DNA of 63,182 bases, counting the filler, from Octopus bimaculoides (taxonomy: Eukaryota): assembly GCF_001194135.2 (NCBI RefSeq). It is 6 parts of 6 records of this genome, joined end to end, with 100 filler letters (N's around TTAATTAATTAA, not from the genome) between each part and the next. Parts side by side here need not be neighbours in the genome. Positions count along the whole stretch, not along the records: positions 1 to 14,912 come from NC_068992.1; 5 more parts are not named here. The stretch is one strand, 5' to 3'. The notes under the pieces were generated by a model. That model worked only from the letters and a program-made list of their open reading frames with translations. It was not told the origin of the DNA and did no database searches. A program made the translations under genes and the position numbers. Each line of letters begins with the position of its first letter. The first letter of the stretch is position 1. Shown in pieces: positions 1 through 12,945 of the stretch.

Positions 1-73
1 TATATATATATATATATATATTTATCTATTTATACGCACATGAAAATGTGTATGCACGCACAACCATTTAGCT

Positions 74-380
74 ATCAATATGATACACCTTGACTTACTA
101 AAGGCCCTTGTTACGGTGTATCATGACATGATATATCAGAAGCTGCGAAACCTTGGCATAGCAGGTAAACTGGGAGAATGTCTGAATGACTTCCTAAAAG
201 ACAAGACCAGGCTGTTGCAGCCATGGATGCCCTATCTGAAGAAACAAAAATTCTGAGTCACATCCTCAAGGAGCTGTCTTAGGGACAGTAGTTTTTATGA
301 CAGCTCTCTTAGATGTGCTCATAGTCATGTATACAGCCAGCGTCTCTAGCGACGCCAATGATACAAAATTAATACAGGCA
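74..380 (+). mobile_element. Decayed LINE reverse transcriptase fragment (CR1/L2-like; same family as 35117-36600)
   Basis: Manual translation from 80 gives MIHLDLLKALVTVYHDMIYQKLRNLGIAGKLGECLNDFLKDK. Frameshifted remnants of the PQG..LG and YADD motifs follow (cctcaaggagctgtcttaggg; gacgccaatgatacaaaa). These resemble non-LTR RT domains 3-5. Confidence 0.7.
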
Positions 381-752
381 ACACACACCCACACATACAC
401 GCATATATTTCCAAGAAAACTAGATATTTTATATTCAAATCGTCACGTAATCATGGATTAATCTGAAACGCAATGGATAAATTACTTATTAATAGAGTAA
501 TACTGTACAAGCAACTGTGCAGTGTGACAGGTAGGATGTTCTCGAGGTAAGGCAAAGATGCACGATTTGATCCTTGCCAGAAGATTTGATCTCTTTTTTT
601 AATTTTCAAATTGCTTATCACTTTCTCCTTCTTTCTCTCTTTCTACTTTCCGCATCTCTCTCTTGCTATATCTCTACCAACCTAAGCACGGATAAAATGC
701 ATGTAATTCATGTAATATATGCATGTAATGTACGTATACAATGTACTGTATT

Positions 753-805
<53 letters not shown>

Positions 806-894
806 NNNNNNNNNNNNNNNNNNNNNNNNNNNNNNNNNNNNNNNNNNNNNNNNNNNNNNNNNNNNNNNNNNNNNNNNNNNNNNNNNNNNNNNNN

Positions 895-952
<58 letters not shown>

Positions 953-1561
953 GAACATATTCGCACATATAAGTGTATGTGCACATGCATCAATTAGCTG
1001 TTTATTTATAGTTTTTCCAGAGTTCAGCACTGTTAGCTTTGTAGGAAATTTACTCTGTTCATGACAAAAGCAAGTAACGAATTTCAGTGAAGCACAGAAG
1101 CATGTTGAGGGACAGATGGTTCAAGGAAAGTTCATAAAAAAACAGGGAGGCATAGTTCTATAGTTATCGGGTGCAGGAAACTGAGATAGCTATTTCTTTC
1201 TCTTCCTGGCATTTCATCCAAATACTTAGTTCTTTCGGAAGAAGCGTTCACGATTTTCGATGCTTGTTATCTCGCACATTCTAGCTTTAACTGAGATGAG
1301 TTGCTTAAACCTTTTGCATAGTTCTAAACTGAAGTCTGTTTTTTTTTTCCCTATAGAAATTATATTGTATTACAATTTTTATCCCTTTATATTTTCAGTA
1401 AAAGAATCTAATTTCGTATTTCTTATGTTTTTGATTCTATCTTATCTAGTGAACTTACCATTTTTTGTGTAAGATATGGAACAATGTAAGCTGTCCTCAA
1501 TTCTGCCACTACCACTGGAAGTATAACATTATTCAGTCTTTCAATGTATAGCTATTTATGA

Positions 1562-1780
1562 AGGCGGGTTACTGGCAGAATCGTTAGCACACTGGACAGA
1601 ATGCTTACCGGTATTTCACCGATCGCTACGTTCTGAGTTCAAATTCCGCCGAAGTCGACTTTGCCTTTCATCTTTTCGGGGTCGATAAATTCAGTACCAG
1701 TTGAGTACTGAGATCGATGTAATCGACTTATCCCCACCCACAAAATGACTACCTTTATGGCAAAATTTGAAACAATTATT
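1562..1780 (+). mobile_element. tRNA-derived SINE with Nin/Deu-like central domain (family N), monomer
   Basis: Head ctggcagaatcgttagcac, B-box gagttcaaattc, Nin-like gtcgactttgcctttcatcttttcggggtcgataaattcagtacc, and tail; many homologous copies in the window. Confidence 0.85.
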
Positions 1781-1800
1781 ATCATCATCATCATTACTTA

Positions 1801-1985
1801 TGGCAGCGAGCTGGCAGATTCGTGAGAACGCTGGACGAAATGTTAAGCGGTATTTCGTACGTTCTGAGTTCAAATTCTGCCGAGTTCGACTTTGCCTTTC
1901 ATCCTGGGGTCGATGTAGTCGACTAGTTCCCTTCGCCAAAATTTCAGGCCTTCTACCTATTGTAGAAAGGATTACTATTATTATT
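1801..1985 (+). mobile_element. Family N SINE with internal deletion
   Basis: Same head and body; lacks the segment between the two ggggtcgat motifs; tail gtagaaaggattactattatt. Confidence 0.8.
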
Positions 1986-2698
1986 GTTTTGAAAACTAGG
2001 TCTAGTTTCATCTCCTCCCCCGTTTTGAAAACTAGGCTTTGTGAGAGCTACATATATGGAAGACTCCTCATTTCGCTTTCTTATAGAAAGTTGTGGGCTA
2101 AAGGGGTTGAATTTTTCATGATATACGTCTCCTGCATTTGTCTCTCAGAGAATTGTCTTAAATTTGAAAGCTTCTGTTCGAGTAAGCTTTGTGGAATAAA
2201 TATTTTTGCTGTTGTCTGTCAAGTGAAAATTGTATTTTTTTTTTCTTTTGCTGTTACCTGCTCAATGTTTACATTATAAATCTCTTCGTTTCTGTTTACT
2301 GAGTTACTTTACCAAGTGTCAATATGTGTATGATATATATTTTTTTATAATTATAGCTATTTAACCGTCATGTTTTAAATTTTTTTCCTTTTCTAGAGTC
2401 CATAATTATATTTTTTATAGCTTGTAAAACTTTTTCTGTCAAATGTTTGGAGACGTGCAACAGCTAGTACTTATAAAGTTAGCACCTCTCGACAGACGGC
2501 GAAGCTATATTTCTTTAAACAAGTAAACGAAACTTTTACAAAATAAATAAGATATGAAGAATATTCTAGAGAAATACCATAAATTTTGTATCTGAAGGTA
2601 AAAAGGTACGAACTTGTAAAATGTTTTTAACTAAGTATAAACGATAAATCTTATTCACCGAAAACTGTGTTTGTGACATGTCTATTCTCTTCATAGCA

Positions 2699-2731
2699 TA
2701 TCATTATCATCATTATCATCATCATCATCAA

Positions 2732-2782
<51 letters not shown>

Positions 2783-2805
2783 CATCATTATTATTATTAT
2801 TATCA

Positions 2806-2855
<50 letters not shown>

Positions 2856-2857
2856 GC
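2699..2857. repeat. (CAT)n/(ATT)n microsatellite
   Basis: Seen directly. Confidence 0.95.
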
Positions 2858-3040
2858 AAAATGTTTAACGGCACTTTGTGAGTCTTTACGTACTGAGTTC
2901 AAATTCCACCGAAGTCGACTTTACCTGTCATCTTTTCGGCGTTGACAAATTAGGTACCAGTCAAGTACTGGGGTCAATGTAATCGGCTAAATCCATTTTC
3001 CCAAATTTGAGGACTTGGGATTCCAATAGAAAGGATTATT
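2858..3040 (+). mobile_element. Family N SINE, 5'-truncated and diverged
   Basis: gagttcaaattccaccgaagtcgactttacctgtcatc...gtactggggtcaatgtaatcg...gaaaggattatt. Confidence 0.8.
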
Positions 3041-3061
3041 ATTACTATTATTATTATTATT

Positions 3062-3099
<38 letters not shown>

Positions 3100-3165
3100 A
3101 ATTGTTGTTGTTGTTGTTGTTGGTGGTGGTGGTGTTGTTGTTGCTGTTGTTGATGTTGTTGTTCG
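3035..3165. repeat. (ATT)n/(GTT)n microsatellite
   Basis: Seen directly. Confidence 0.95.
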
Positions 3166-3949
3166 TGTATCGACACATATTGCACATCGTTCCCGTAATT
3201 TTGTAGATATTTACGTTGTTACACTAAGTTATATATTATATATTTGTTATCTTTATAAAGATAAACTAACCAGGGCCTTAAGGAGCAGGTTAAGTTTTCT
3301 CAATCCGTAGCCCTTAGTGGGATGATTCGGTGTTTGCTTAGAAAACACGTCCCTTCAATTTTTGTTTCATAAAGAAATATGGCGGACAAGTGTTGCTCGC
3401 CTGCTGAAAAGAACAGACAGTTATCCGCAGAACAGAACAGCCCGTTTTCAAAGTTATTAGCAGCAGCAACAACACTGACCACAACGACAACAAAAACAGC
3501 AACAACAACAACGCAGCACGGGAAATTTATGAAAGTAACTTTCTGTTCCTAAAATATTGAGCACCACTATCATAGGAAGAACAAACGAGAAGTAGGATAG
3601 CAAAAAGCATCAAGAACACTGGCGGGAACAGCACCAACTTCACGACCACCATCACGACAACCACCAGTAGTGAACCTACTACCAACAACGCCGCTAACAA
3701 GATCATTAATGAGGAAAACCAGATTACTAGATGCGGCAAATGAATGAAGAAATTTTCATAAAGAAAATCAAGTTTCAAGTGAAAAATGTATGTTGGAGAA
3801 AAATGGGGTCGAAACGTGGCACTGAATGTCCCCAGATCTGTCCAACAACAAGCTAATTTGAGTACAATTCTGTTGGGACAAGAAGTAGAACAGAACAGGT
3901 AACACACCAGCAAATAGCTAAAAAGGTCTGCTACCAATTCGGATGAGTA

Positions 3950-4199
3950 AAATTGACCATTTGAGCAGGATGGGCTACTCGAACTGAAGAAAATTCTAAA
4001 TGGACCCCACCTGCGAGGTCATGCGCTGTTTATCTTGATATGAGATCACCATGTCGCGCACATATGGTTGTGATGCATGCGCCTGGTGTACCCTTATCAG
4101 ACGGGTAGTCATGATGGGTATACCGGGCTTCGTATATTTTACCCCAGTGTCACTTTGATGGCATGCACTACTCTCTCACTCAATAATAATAGTAATAAC

Positions 4200-4263
<64 letters not shown>

Positions 4264-4275
4264 GCAACGATAATA
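3950..4275 (+). mobile_element. Probable retroelement 3' UTR ending in an (AAT)n tail
   Basis: Relatively GC-rich non-coding block ending ctctctcactc, directly followed by a long (AAT)n run as in non-LTR 3' ends; family not assignable. Confidence 0.4.
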
Positions 4276-4279
4276 AAAC

Positions 4280-4372
4280 TTTTGGCACAAGATCTCAAAC
4301 ATCAGGGGAAAGGGGTTAGTCGATTACATCGAATCAGTGCTTGATTCGAACTTATTTTATCGACCCCGAAAA
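4280..4372 (-). mobile_element. Family N SINE 3' fragment
   Basis: Reverse complement of tail and body (gtcgattacatcg...ttttatcgaccccgaaa). Confidence 0.7.
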
Positions 4373-4498
4373 TGGGAAAGGCAAATAATAATATTCACTG
4401 TTTAGAGAACTGCAAAGAGACGGCCAGTAACATTTGTAGCAGCACTAGTATAGCTACAACAACAACGACAACAACGACTACTACTACTNNNNNNNNNN

Positions 4499-4544
<46 letters not shown>

Positions 4545-5659
4545 TGGAATGTCAGAATGGTCTTCGATATGTTAATATTATTTTGAAAATGACTTTGGAC
4601 CACAAGTCAACATAACAGTTTAGAAAATTAGATGAACTGGGTAGTATTTGGAAGAGGTTTTATATAATTATATGCCTTTTTCCTGCAAGCTAAATGAATA
4701 CATATTAGGCCTCTATATTTTCTCTTCTAATAATCCAATCGTCAGATAGTATCTCCTGCTGGTACACGATTATCATTGCTTCAAGCTTGCTAAATCTCCC
4801 GATGATTGCATATTGTTCGATGTTTATTGTGTATGAACATTTCCACGAACTTTCAAAGACAGAGCTGGTGTGAAAAGTAGCGAATCTAACTATTTTCCTT
4901 TATTAGAATGCAGTTCTTGTTATGAAATTAACAATATTTGCCCGGTGAACAAGCTCTTATCAACTAATGATCTAACAATTTTTTCCCCATTTTCGTTATG
5001 AAATATCCAAACGCAGATTGGTTATGTAAAACAATGTCTTGTTGTGAATTACATTATAAAACGAAACATTGGCTCTTCTTGTAAGTAGCTGAAGAAAAAA
5101 AAATTGTTTACTACATTTCCATATAAATCAGGAAATTATATTTGACTACGTTCTTTACAGTACAGGTAGTTATCAGACGATGATATACGAGTGCATTTCG
5201 TATTGTGTTATTTTGCATGTTTTTAAAATGTTACAATGATAGTGCAGTGAGAATCATTACAGGTCAGATTTTGCTGTTCCTTTATTTATACGCAATATAT
5301 CTCTGGATATATTATCTAATGTCACCTTCCTTTTGAGACACTATCACATGATTTAAAGAAGATGTTTTCAATCAGGCAATTGTATAGAATTCCCTTATTG
5401 GCTCATCATATATCAGTTGTTAAAGATTTCAGTTGACTCTCAAAACAAATACACTCGAGTTTATTTTAAAAGCAATTAATGGATCCTTTTGGGGATAAAA
5501 ACTGGCTTCCTGGAATATACGACTTTATGCAGAGGAACCAACAAGGGAGTGTGTAGGTGGTCTCTTGATAAAAATTGTAGACACGTATAGTTGGTCTTTT
5601 ACTCTTATAATCCATACACATGAGAAGACGAGATAACTTAAACTAGAATAACTTAGATA

Positions 5660-5755
5660 ATATGATTGCTCATAAACATACCAGTATCGGTTGTCAAGCG
5701 ATGGCGGAGGAACAAACACGGACAAACACACATAAGTATATATATATATATATAT
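5660..5755 (-). mobile_element. Family C1 SINE internal fragment running into (TA)n and a gap
   Basis: cataccagtatcggttgtcaagcgatggcggaggaacaaacac matches the reverse complement of other C1 copies. Confidence 0.7.
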
Positions 5756-6064
5756 NNNNNNNNNNNNNNNNNNNNNNNNNNNNNNNNNNNNNNNNNNNNN
5801 NNNNNNNNNNNNNNNNNNNNNNNNNNNNNNNNNNNNNNNNNNNNNNNNNNNNNNNNNNNNNNNNNNNNNNNNNNNNNNNNNNNNNNNNNNNNNNNNNNNN
5901 NNNNNNNNNNNNNNNNNNNNNNNNNNNNNNNNNNNNNNNNNNNNNNNNNNNNNNNNNNNNNNNNNNNNNNNNNNNNNNNNNNNNNNNNNNNNNNNNNNNN
6001 NNNNNNNNNNNNNNNNNNNNNNNNNNNNNNNNNNNNNNNNNNNNNNNNNNNNNNNNNNNNNNNN

Positions 6065-6106
<42 letters not shown>

Positions 6107-6198
6107 CTTCACGCACACACATATATGTAATATACATATATTCATATATATAAATATATCAATATATATAATTTATACATATATATATATGTGTGCAT

Positions 6199-6229
<31 letters not shown>

Positions 6230-9189
6230 CACACACACACACAAATACTGATACGTATATGTATTCACTCACATGCGTACCCATAGTATAGAAATATATG
6301 TATTTACACTCAATACATCTTTTCGTTTAAATCTTCTAACTCATGCAATGGAAAATTTATTCATTGAGTCTGAAACAGAGTAAAACTTTTCTGTCTTTTT
6401 GTTTTACTTTTAAACTATTCTATTTGATATTCAATTTACTTTCGGGAAACTTTTATAGAAAATTCGTAGTAGTACACAGTCTACAACGGAATTGATTTTC
6501 TTATTAATAGTAGTTTATAACTGATCCGAATCTTATAATTCCTTAGATATTTAGACAAACTTGTTAGTAATTCCCAGTGTATTTTCCCAGCTGTCTCCAG
6601 ACATTTATGCTATGATACATTCTTTATAAAATTCTTCCTTTAATTCGTGCAATCAAAGGCTCACAAACTGGTGTTAGGCATAACGAGATTAAGCGAACAC
6701 TGAATTAACATCACAATTAATGAAATTGAATTTGTATCTCTTAATTGATTTGCAATTTTGTGACCTCTGTCAGCTTTCGTCAAGCTGACCGATACCTGCG
6801 CCCATACAAATAAAAATTCGTACAAGTTTTGCCTTTCCACTTCTTTATCAACGAGGCGATAAAATAGAATTTGCCTCCCTATAATTCTTCTTTCCTCGCC
6901 ATGTTGTTCGGCAAGTTTAAAATGTGGAACGCCATCTTAATTTCATTTAACAGTTCAAGTTGTTCGTTACCCTCTGAATGCTCACATCGCCCCGCCACCT
7001 GAGACTGTCCACATATGAGTAATCCTAGCTTAAGCAATATAACCTCTATATTCACGCTCTCTCACTCATCGAAATGTTATATCTTTTTAACACCTCATGG
7101 TTAAATAAATCACTAACATCTCCTACAAGCACTCTGATGGAGTAAAGTTTGCTGACATAGTCTATCACCAATTTGTTAGGCTTCAGAATTTTATCACTTA
7201 TTTCGTTTAAGTGAGTTGATAATATAATCTGGAATCCGTGTAAGTTGGTGGTGGCATATATCGACAACACTGGTAGTAAAATCGGGGACTTATGGCCTAA
7301 ACATTATTTTCATTCTTCATTGCAGCTGAAATTACTAACACTTGCAAACACTCTTGGATCATAATAAATCGGTTTGTAATGGGATACTGCAGAAACTTCC
7401 TATTCAACTAGACAGCGTGTATGTGGCCGTCCTACCATACCAGAAAGAGATGATTTCCACAAATTTTAACCTTACATCTAAAATAAGAAAGACGCATTTG
7501 TGAATGTAATAATTCTTGATACAATTCGAATAAAAGCAATAGGAGGACAGCATTTGGAAAGATTAGTCTTATGTCAGTTCACTGATAATCAAAATGACGT
7601 AAAATAAGTCATTCTGTTCGTATCCGGTCTCTTCCACATCCTCGTTGTCATCATTAGCTTGATCTTAATTTCATCGACGACATTTAGCTGTTTGATAATA
7701 TCAATCAGTGGTCCAACGCTAAACTGGATAGACAATCGACTATAAGTTTGTTGTAGTTGCTAGACGAGAAATACAATTTGAGATGTGTGTAGAAACAGAT
7801 ACGAACTTATATGAATGTCATTTGAACTAGAAACAAGTAAATGCATTTCTATTCAGTTTTATTATCATTTTTATTACATATTTTTAAATATCAAAAACAT
7901 AGTTTGTATTAATGAACTAATCACTGCTACTGTGTTCATCGGTATATTTCAATGGACTAATATGATTAGTTTGGTGGCTTACAGATCAGAGTTAGCCATA
8001 ACAAGACAAATATAAATTTAATATGTCTTCATAGTTTATAGTAGAATGAAATTACAACCGTAAGATATTCTTGATTGGTACAAGCTCAATCCTTTATAAA
8101 CCGATCACGTATGGTTAAAGTGATAATGTGACTTCAAAAAAAAAAAAAGAATATCGGGATATACACCATATAGTAGAGAGTTACGGCCAAATCAAGATAC
8201 CTTTAAATTAGTTTTATTACTTGTAATTCTATTCGTTAGAGGGATACTGAGAAAATAATTAGAAATTATTTAGTAAAACTAACATTTAATTAAGGGATGA
8301 AAGAAACAACAAAAACAAAAACAAAAACGTAAACAAAACAGAAAATAAAGACACCGAAGTAAAGCTTTATTGGCTTTACTTATTGTTTTAAATGAAACTT
8401 GGACGAAGTTACAAAGTTTCACTGTACTCTCACCAGCGGGATTTTCTGTTCAATCTTATTTTACTTATTGAAGTGCTTCTTAGTAAAGAACCACGACGAT
8501 ACATGCCTCAGTGTATTTCACTGATTAAAAAAAGGACCGAATCTTATTTCATGGCTGAGTGGGGAAAAACATTGAACTGTAAGAAATATCCAACTATTAT
8601 AAATCATCCAGCTATATAATGCACCCCACTATATACAACATTCAGCTGTATGAAACATGCAGTTATACAAAATACCCAGTAATATATAAAACACCTCCAC
8701 CAGCAAACATCATTTCACGCATGCTAGCTCAAGAAAATAAATGTAAAATAGCATGAACCATTTTCCGTGGTGAAATTGACTTTATAACAATCAGAGAATA
8801 AAATTGTAAAGAAATATTTCGAGATGATTTTTCAGGTTTATTGTTTTCAGACATAAAAATGATCAATTTAATTAAATTACCTTGAATTCGTTTCATTTAA
8901 TGAGCCAGTGTGTTAATTAAATTTACAAAGCATAGTTTCATTATTTAAAGATGAAAAATCACAAACTTCACCATGTACAGAGTTTATGAGTTAAAGCAGA
9001 ATCTGTATCGGATTGAAAAAATTGTTTGTTTTTTTTTTAAATATTTAACGTAACGTTTCGTCCTAACAGTACATACAACTTACTGTATATACATGTTGCG
9101 TCTTTCTGTACATAGCATTTCACCGAATTAGAATTTTTCCATTTAATATTCATGGCAAAATCCAAAATTAAAAGAGAGTCACGATGTCT

Positions 9190-9330
9190 TGTGTCAGCAA
9201 AAATTAATCCCGACTGCTTGGAAGAGAATCAAATTAACTTTTCAATTACGTGCCAATTCAGGTTCATAGAAATAACTTACTTAGAGTAGATATGAGGGTC
9301 ATATTGACGTTCAGACGGCATGCAATTTGT
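9190..9330 (-). mobile_element. Possible highly decayed LINE RT fragment
   Basis: Minus-strand translation ERQYDPHIYSK*VISMNLNWHVIEKLI*FSSKQSG weakly resembles RT domains 1-2 (YRPISL...SKV...Q.GF); interrupted by stops. Confidence 0.2.
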
Positions 9331-10386
9331 CTGAAGTTTTTAAGACCATCGGCTGCTCTCTCCATTTTGATAGCATAATTGCGTTTCCTTACTTGGTCTC
9401 AACAGTATACGGACCAGACAGCTTAACATTTTTATAATAATAACTAAGCGTATAGTGTGCAGATTTTAGCCGCCTTTAAATGTAGACGTAAGTTGTCTTT
9501 AATAGCATGTTACCATTTAGCAAATATAGAAAGTATACTTAACAACTGGCCATTCAGTAGACGATTGATTAAACATAGTATGCATCCTATGGCAATGTGA
9601 TTCAGTCACACATCCCTGTGACAAACAAGCTGTCTCTTTATTATTCACTGTCTCGTTTTAGCTGTCTGTCTGCCTGAACATATGTGTATGTGTACTACTT
9701 GTATGCGTGTATGTATATACACGCGTATATATATATATATGTATATATATATAATCAAATATATACTTCTTTTTTGGTACAGTGTGCTTCGAAGCACATA
9801 AAACTATAAATAATAGCATTTAAATATTCGGTTGAAAATCCGTTCTGGGTCTTTACATACCATTATCTGTAGTTTCATGTAGTTCGAGATCCACGGTTCC
9901 AAAAAGAAGAATTGCACGTTAGGAGTGAAAAATACTCCAAAGTCACAAGAATACACACTAAATTTTTACAGGTATGGTTGGCAAAAAACAAAACAAAAAT
10001 AAACTAAGTGAATAAGGATTGCGTTTTACATCTGCAAAATTGCAAGAATGAATGCTAGTTTACCTGGTATCATGCTTTCGAATTTAGCACCAAAAGCACT
10101 TGATCTCTTCAGCTAAGTCTACTAATAACAATACCTATATTTCAACAATGTTCTCTTCTAAATACCCCGCCAAAGTCTGTTTTATATAAATGAACAAGCA
10201 GTTTGTACATTCACAGAATTTTATTTGACAAGTTCGAGAAAGGAACGAAAGCGTCAATAATGAAGAAATAAAAATACTTTCTTTCCAAAATTCTGAATTT
10301 TTCTAAATATATATANNNNNNNNNNNNNNNNNNNNNNNNNNNNNNNNNNNNNNNNNNNNNNNNNNNNNNNNNNNNNNNNNNNNNNN

Positions 10387-10442
<56 letters not shown>

Positions 10443-10552
10443 GGTGTGTGTGCGTGTGTGTGTCTGTGTGTATTTGTTATTTGCACTGTTTGAGACGCTA
10501 AATATACTAGTCGCTGTACACACAAGAGTACACACAAGAGTACACACAAGAG

Positions 10553-10815
10553 AATAACTTTTTCTTATTACGACTGTGCAAATATCGATAAGGGTTTCTT
10601 TTTATCGGTTGGCTGATAGCAGCACTGATCAGCAAGCAATTTTCTCACTTGTGCTACTCTCAAAGGTCCGATTATTTGTTGCTGACGAGACAGAATATAT
10701 CGAAACACCTGTGTCCCGGAATCTCATGCGCCAATGAGCCGAGTCGGTCGAAACACCCTGTCGTTGTATAAGAGGAAAAAGTTATTTGCCCATGGCGTAC
10801 ATTACGCCCACTAGT
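10553..10815 (+). mobile_element. Small element with subterminal inverted repeats, two hammerhead-like cores and a Helitron-like 3' end
   Basis: Imperfect IR: aataactttttcttattacgac (10553-10574) versus gtcgttgtataagaggaaaaagttatt (10760-10786). Hairpin ggcgta-cat-tacgcc at 10794-10808, then CTAG|T at 10811-10815. Cores at 10682 and 10731. Confidence 0.5.
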
Positions 10816-11150
10816 ACACACACACACACACTCTCTCTCTCTCACTCACACAGACGCACACACACATACACTTATATATTATACATCATATATTATAAAT
10901 GTTTATATAAATATATATATNNNNNNNNNNNNNNNNNNNNNNNNNNNNNNNNNNNNNNNNNNNNNNNNNNNNNNNNNNNNNNNNNNNNNNNNNNNNNNNN
11001 NNNNNNNNNNNNNNNNNNNNNNNNNNNNNNNNNNNNNNNNNNNNNNNNNNNNNNNNNNNNNNNNNNNNNNNNNNNNNNNNNNNNNNNNNNNNNNNNNNNN
11101 NNNNNNNNNNNNNNNNNNNNNNNNNNNNNNNNNNNNNNNNNNNNNNNNNN

Positions 11151-11200
<50 letters not shown>

Positions 11201-11414
11201 AATCTATCTAAATACATGTTTTCGTTATAATCCCCACCAATACTTGAAAAACAGTTTCCTCGGTTTGTTTACGTCTCCGTAACTTAACGGTTCGGAATGT
11301 GGGGTTCCAAAAGAATAATTACTAGATTTTACAAAGATAATTCTTGGATCTATTAGTTCGTCTGAGGTATGAGCGTAGAAGAAATAACTGAACAATTTAA
11401 TAAATGACTATGTC

Positions 11415-11770
11415 TTTTATCTTTCACTTGTTTCAATCATTAGACTGTGGCCATGTTGGGGCACCGCCTTGAAGAATTTTCAGTCGAATGAATCGACACC
11501 AGTACATTTTTTAAAAGCGTGGTACTTATTCTATCAAATTTCTTTGCCGAACCGCTACACAACGGGGACATAAACACACAAAGACCTGTTGTCAAGCAGT
11601 GATGGGGGAACAGAGACATGAACACACACATACACACGACGTGGTTCTTTCAGTTTCCGTCTACCAAATCCACTCACAAGTCTTTGGTCAACCCGAAGAT
11701 GTAGTAGAAAACAATTGTCCAAGATGCCACGCAATAGGACTGAACCCGGAACCATGTGCTTGGGAGCGAC
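11415..11770 (-). mobile_element. Family C1 SINE (tRNA head, CORE-like start, short microsatellite, tail), near full length
   Basis: Reverse complement shows B-box ggttccgggttcagtcc, ttggacaattgtttt/ggatttggtagacggaaactgaaagaa, and tail aaggcggtgccccaacatggccacagtc. Confidence 0.85.
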
Positions 11771-11944
11771 TCAATTATTTGTGCGGTGACATTTCTACTC
11801 CATAGATTTTATATCTTACTTATTCAAGATATATCCGCTCTTTTAACGACCTTCTTGGTGAAGTTTTTATCTCTACATGATGTTTTCGATTTATTAGCTT
11901 TGTCCTTGATTTCTATGTCGGTTGCTCTGATTACTAGACTAGGG

Positions 11945-12285
11945 CAAAATCTAAAGAATCCCTTCAGTCACAAATGGCCGTGAGATTTCACCTAAAATGT
12001 TCCCCTCTGTGGCACAAGCCCAGGCAAGGTTGTTTATGGAAGACCAGCTATCGCCCATCCCCACCGGCTTCCCCTCTCCACGCCACTGATGTTATCCAAG
12101 GGAAAAGCAAAGGCCGATACAGCTTGGCACCAGTGATACTGCAACGCATTTCTACAGCTGAGTGAACAGCAGCAACGTGAAATAAGAAGTATTTTGCTCA
12201 AGAATACACCTCATTCAAAGAATCGATCATAGAATCTCACGATTGGAAGCCCGACATTCTAAGCACTGAGTCATGTGACTTCACA
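11945..12285 (-). mobile_element. Family C2 CORE-SINE
   Basis: Reverse complement has a tRNA-like head, then ttgagcaaaatact...ttcacgttgctgctgttcactcagctgtagaaatg, which aligns with the MIR CORE (ttgggcaagtcactt...cagtttcctcatctgtaaaatg). Confidence 0.7.
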
Positions 12286-12829
12286 TGATCATTACTTTAG
12301 GATGCATGTTATTTTAACTGGAAAATTTAACGCATTGATTATCTTCGTAATTAATTCTAAATAGTGGTTAGCTTGCATGAATAAATACCTGTTTATTATG
12401 TTGTAATATATTTTCTGGATTGTAGTCTGTAGTCTTTGAGCGCGGAAAGCGGATATAACCGCTCAAAATTTGATTACCGTGAACTGCGGAAGCGGTTTTA
12501 CGCTACAGTAAAGAAAATCTAATGCTGTCAGAAGCGGAGACACCCCTAGTGACTTTTTATGCAAAATATAATATATCCGAATTTCTTATTTTATTCATAT
12601 ATTTCATCAAATAACTTTTTACAGACTAAGAATCAAATACTATTAATGGTGGTTACAAAACCGTATCTACAGGAGATACTGAAGAGCTGTTTGCACAAGC
12701 AAAAGATACCGAATTTAAATCTTTGTTACAAGACCAGGAATTTTGAAGCCTTATACAAATTTAAGCCTTTGGCTGCATAATTAAATTTCGGGGTCATTCT
12801 TGTAATGGTGCTAGTCCTACTGTAGTATA

Positions 12830-12905
12830 TTTTATTGACCCTGAAAAGGTGAAAGGCAAAGTCGACCTCGGTGGAATTTAATCTCAGAACGCGAAGACGA
12901 ACACA
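12830..12905 (-). mobile_element. Family N SINE fragment
   Basis: gaaaaggtgaaaggcaaagtcgacctcggtggaatttaatctcagaacg. Confidence 0.75.
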
Positions 12906-12945
12906 ATGACAAGCAGAAAATATCAATTCTAGGTTTTAGTGGATA

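Noticed and set aside
3527-3937. 136-aa ORF and T/N-rich plus-strand frame
   Set aside because: Derived from degenerate CAA/CCA repeats; frames are interrupted by stops.
6660-7720. Possible piggyBac-like remnant (acidic stretch, ILKPNKLVIDY)
   Set aside because: Similarity too weak and fragmentary to call without a profile search.
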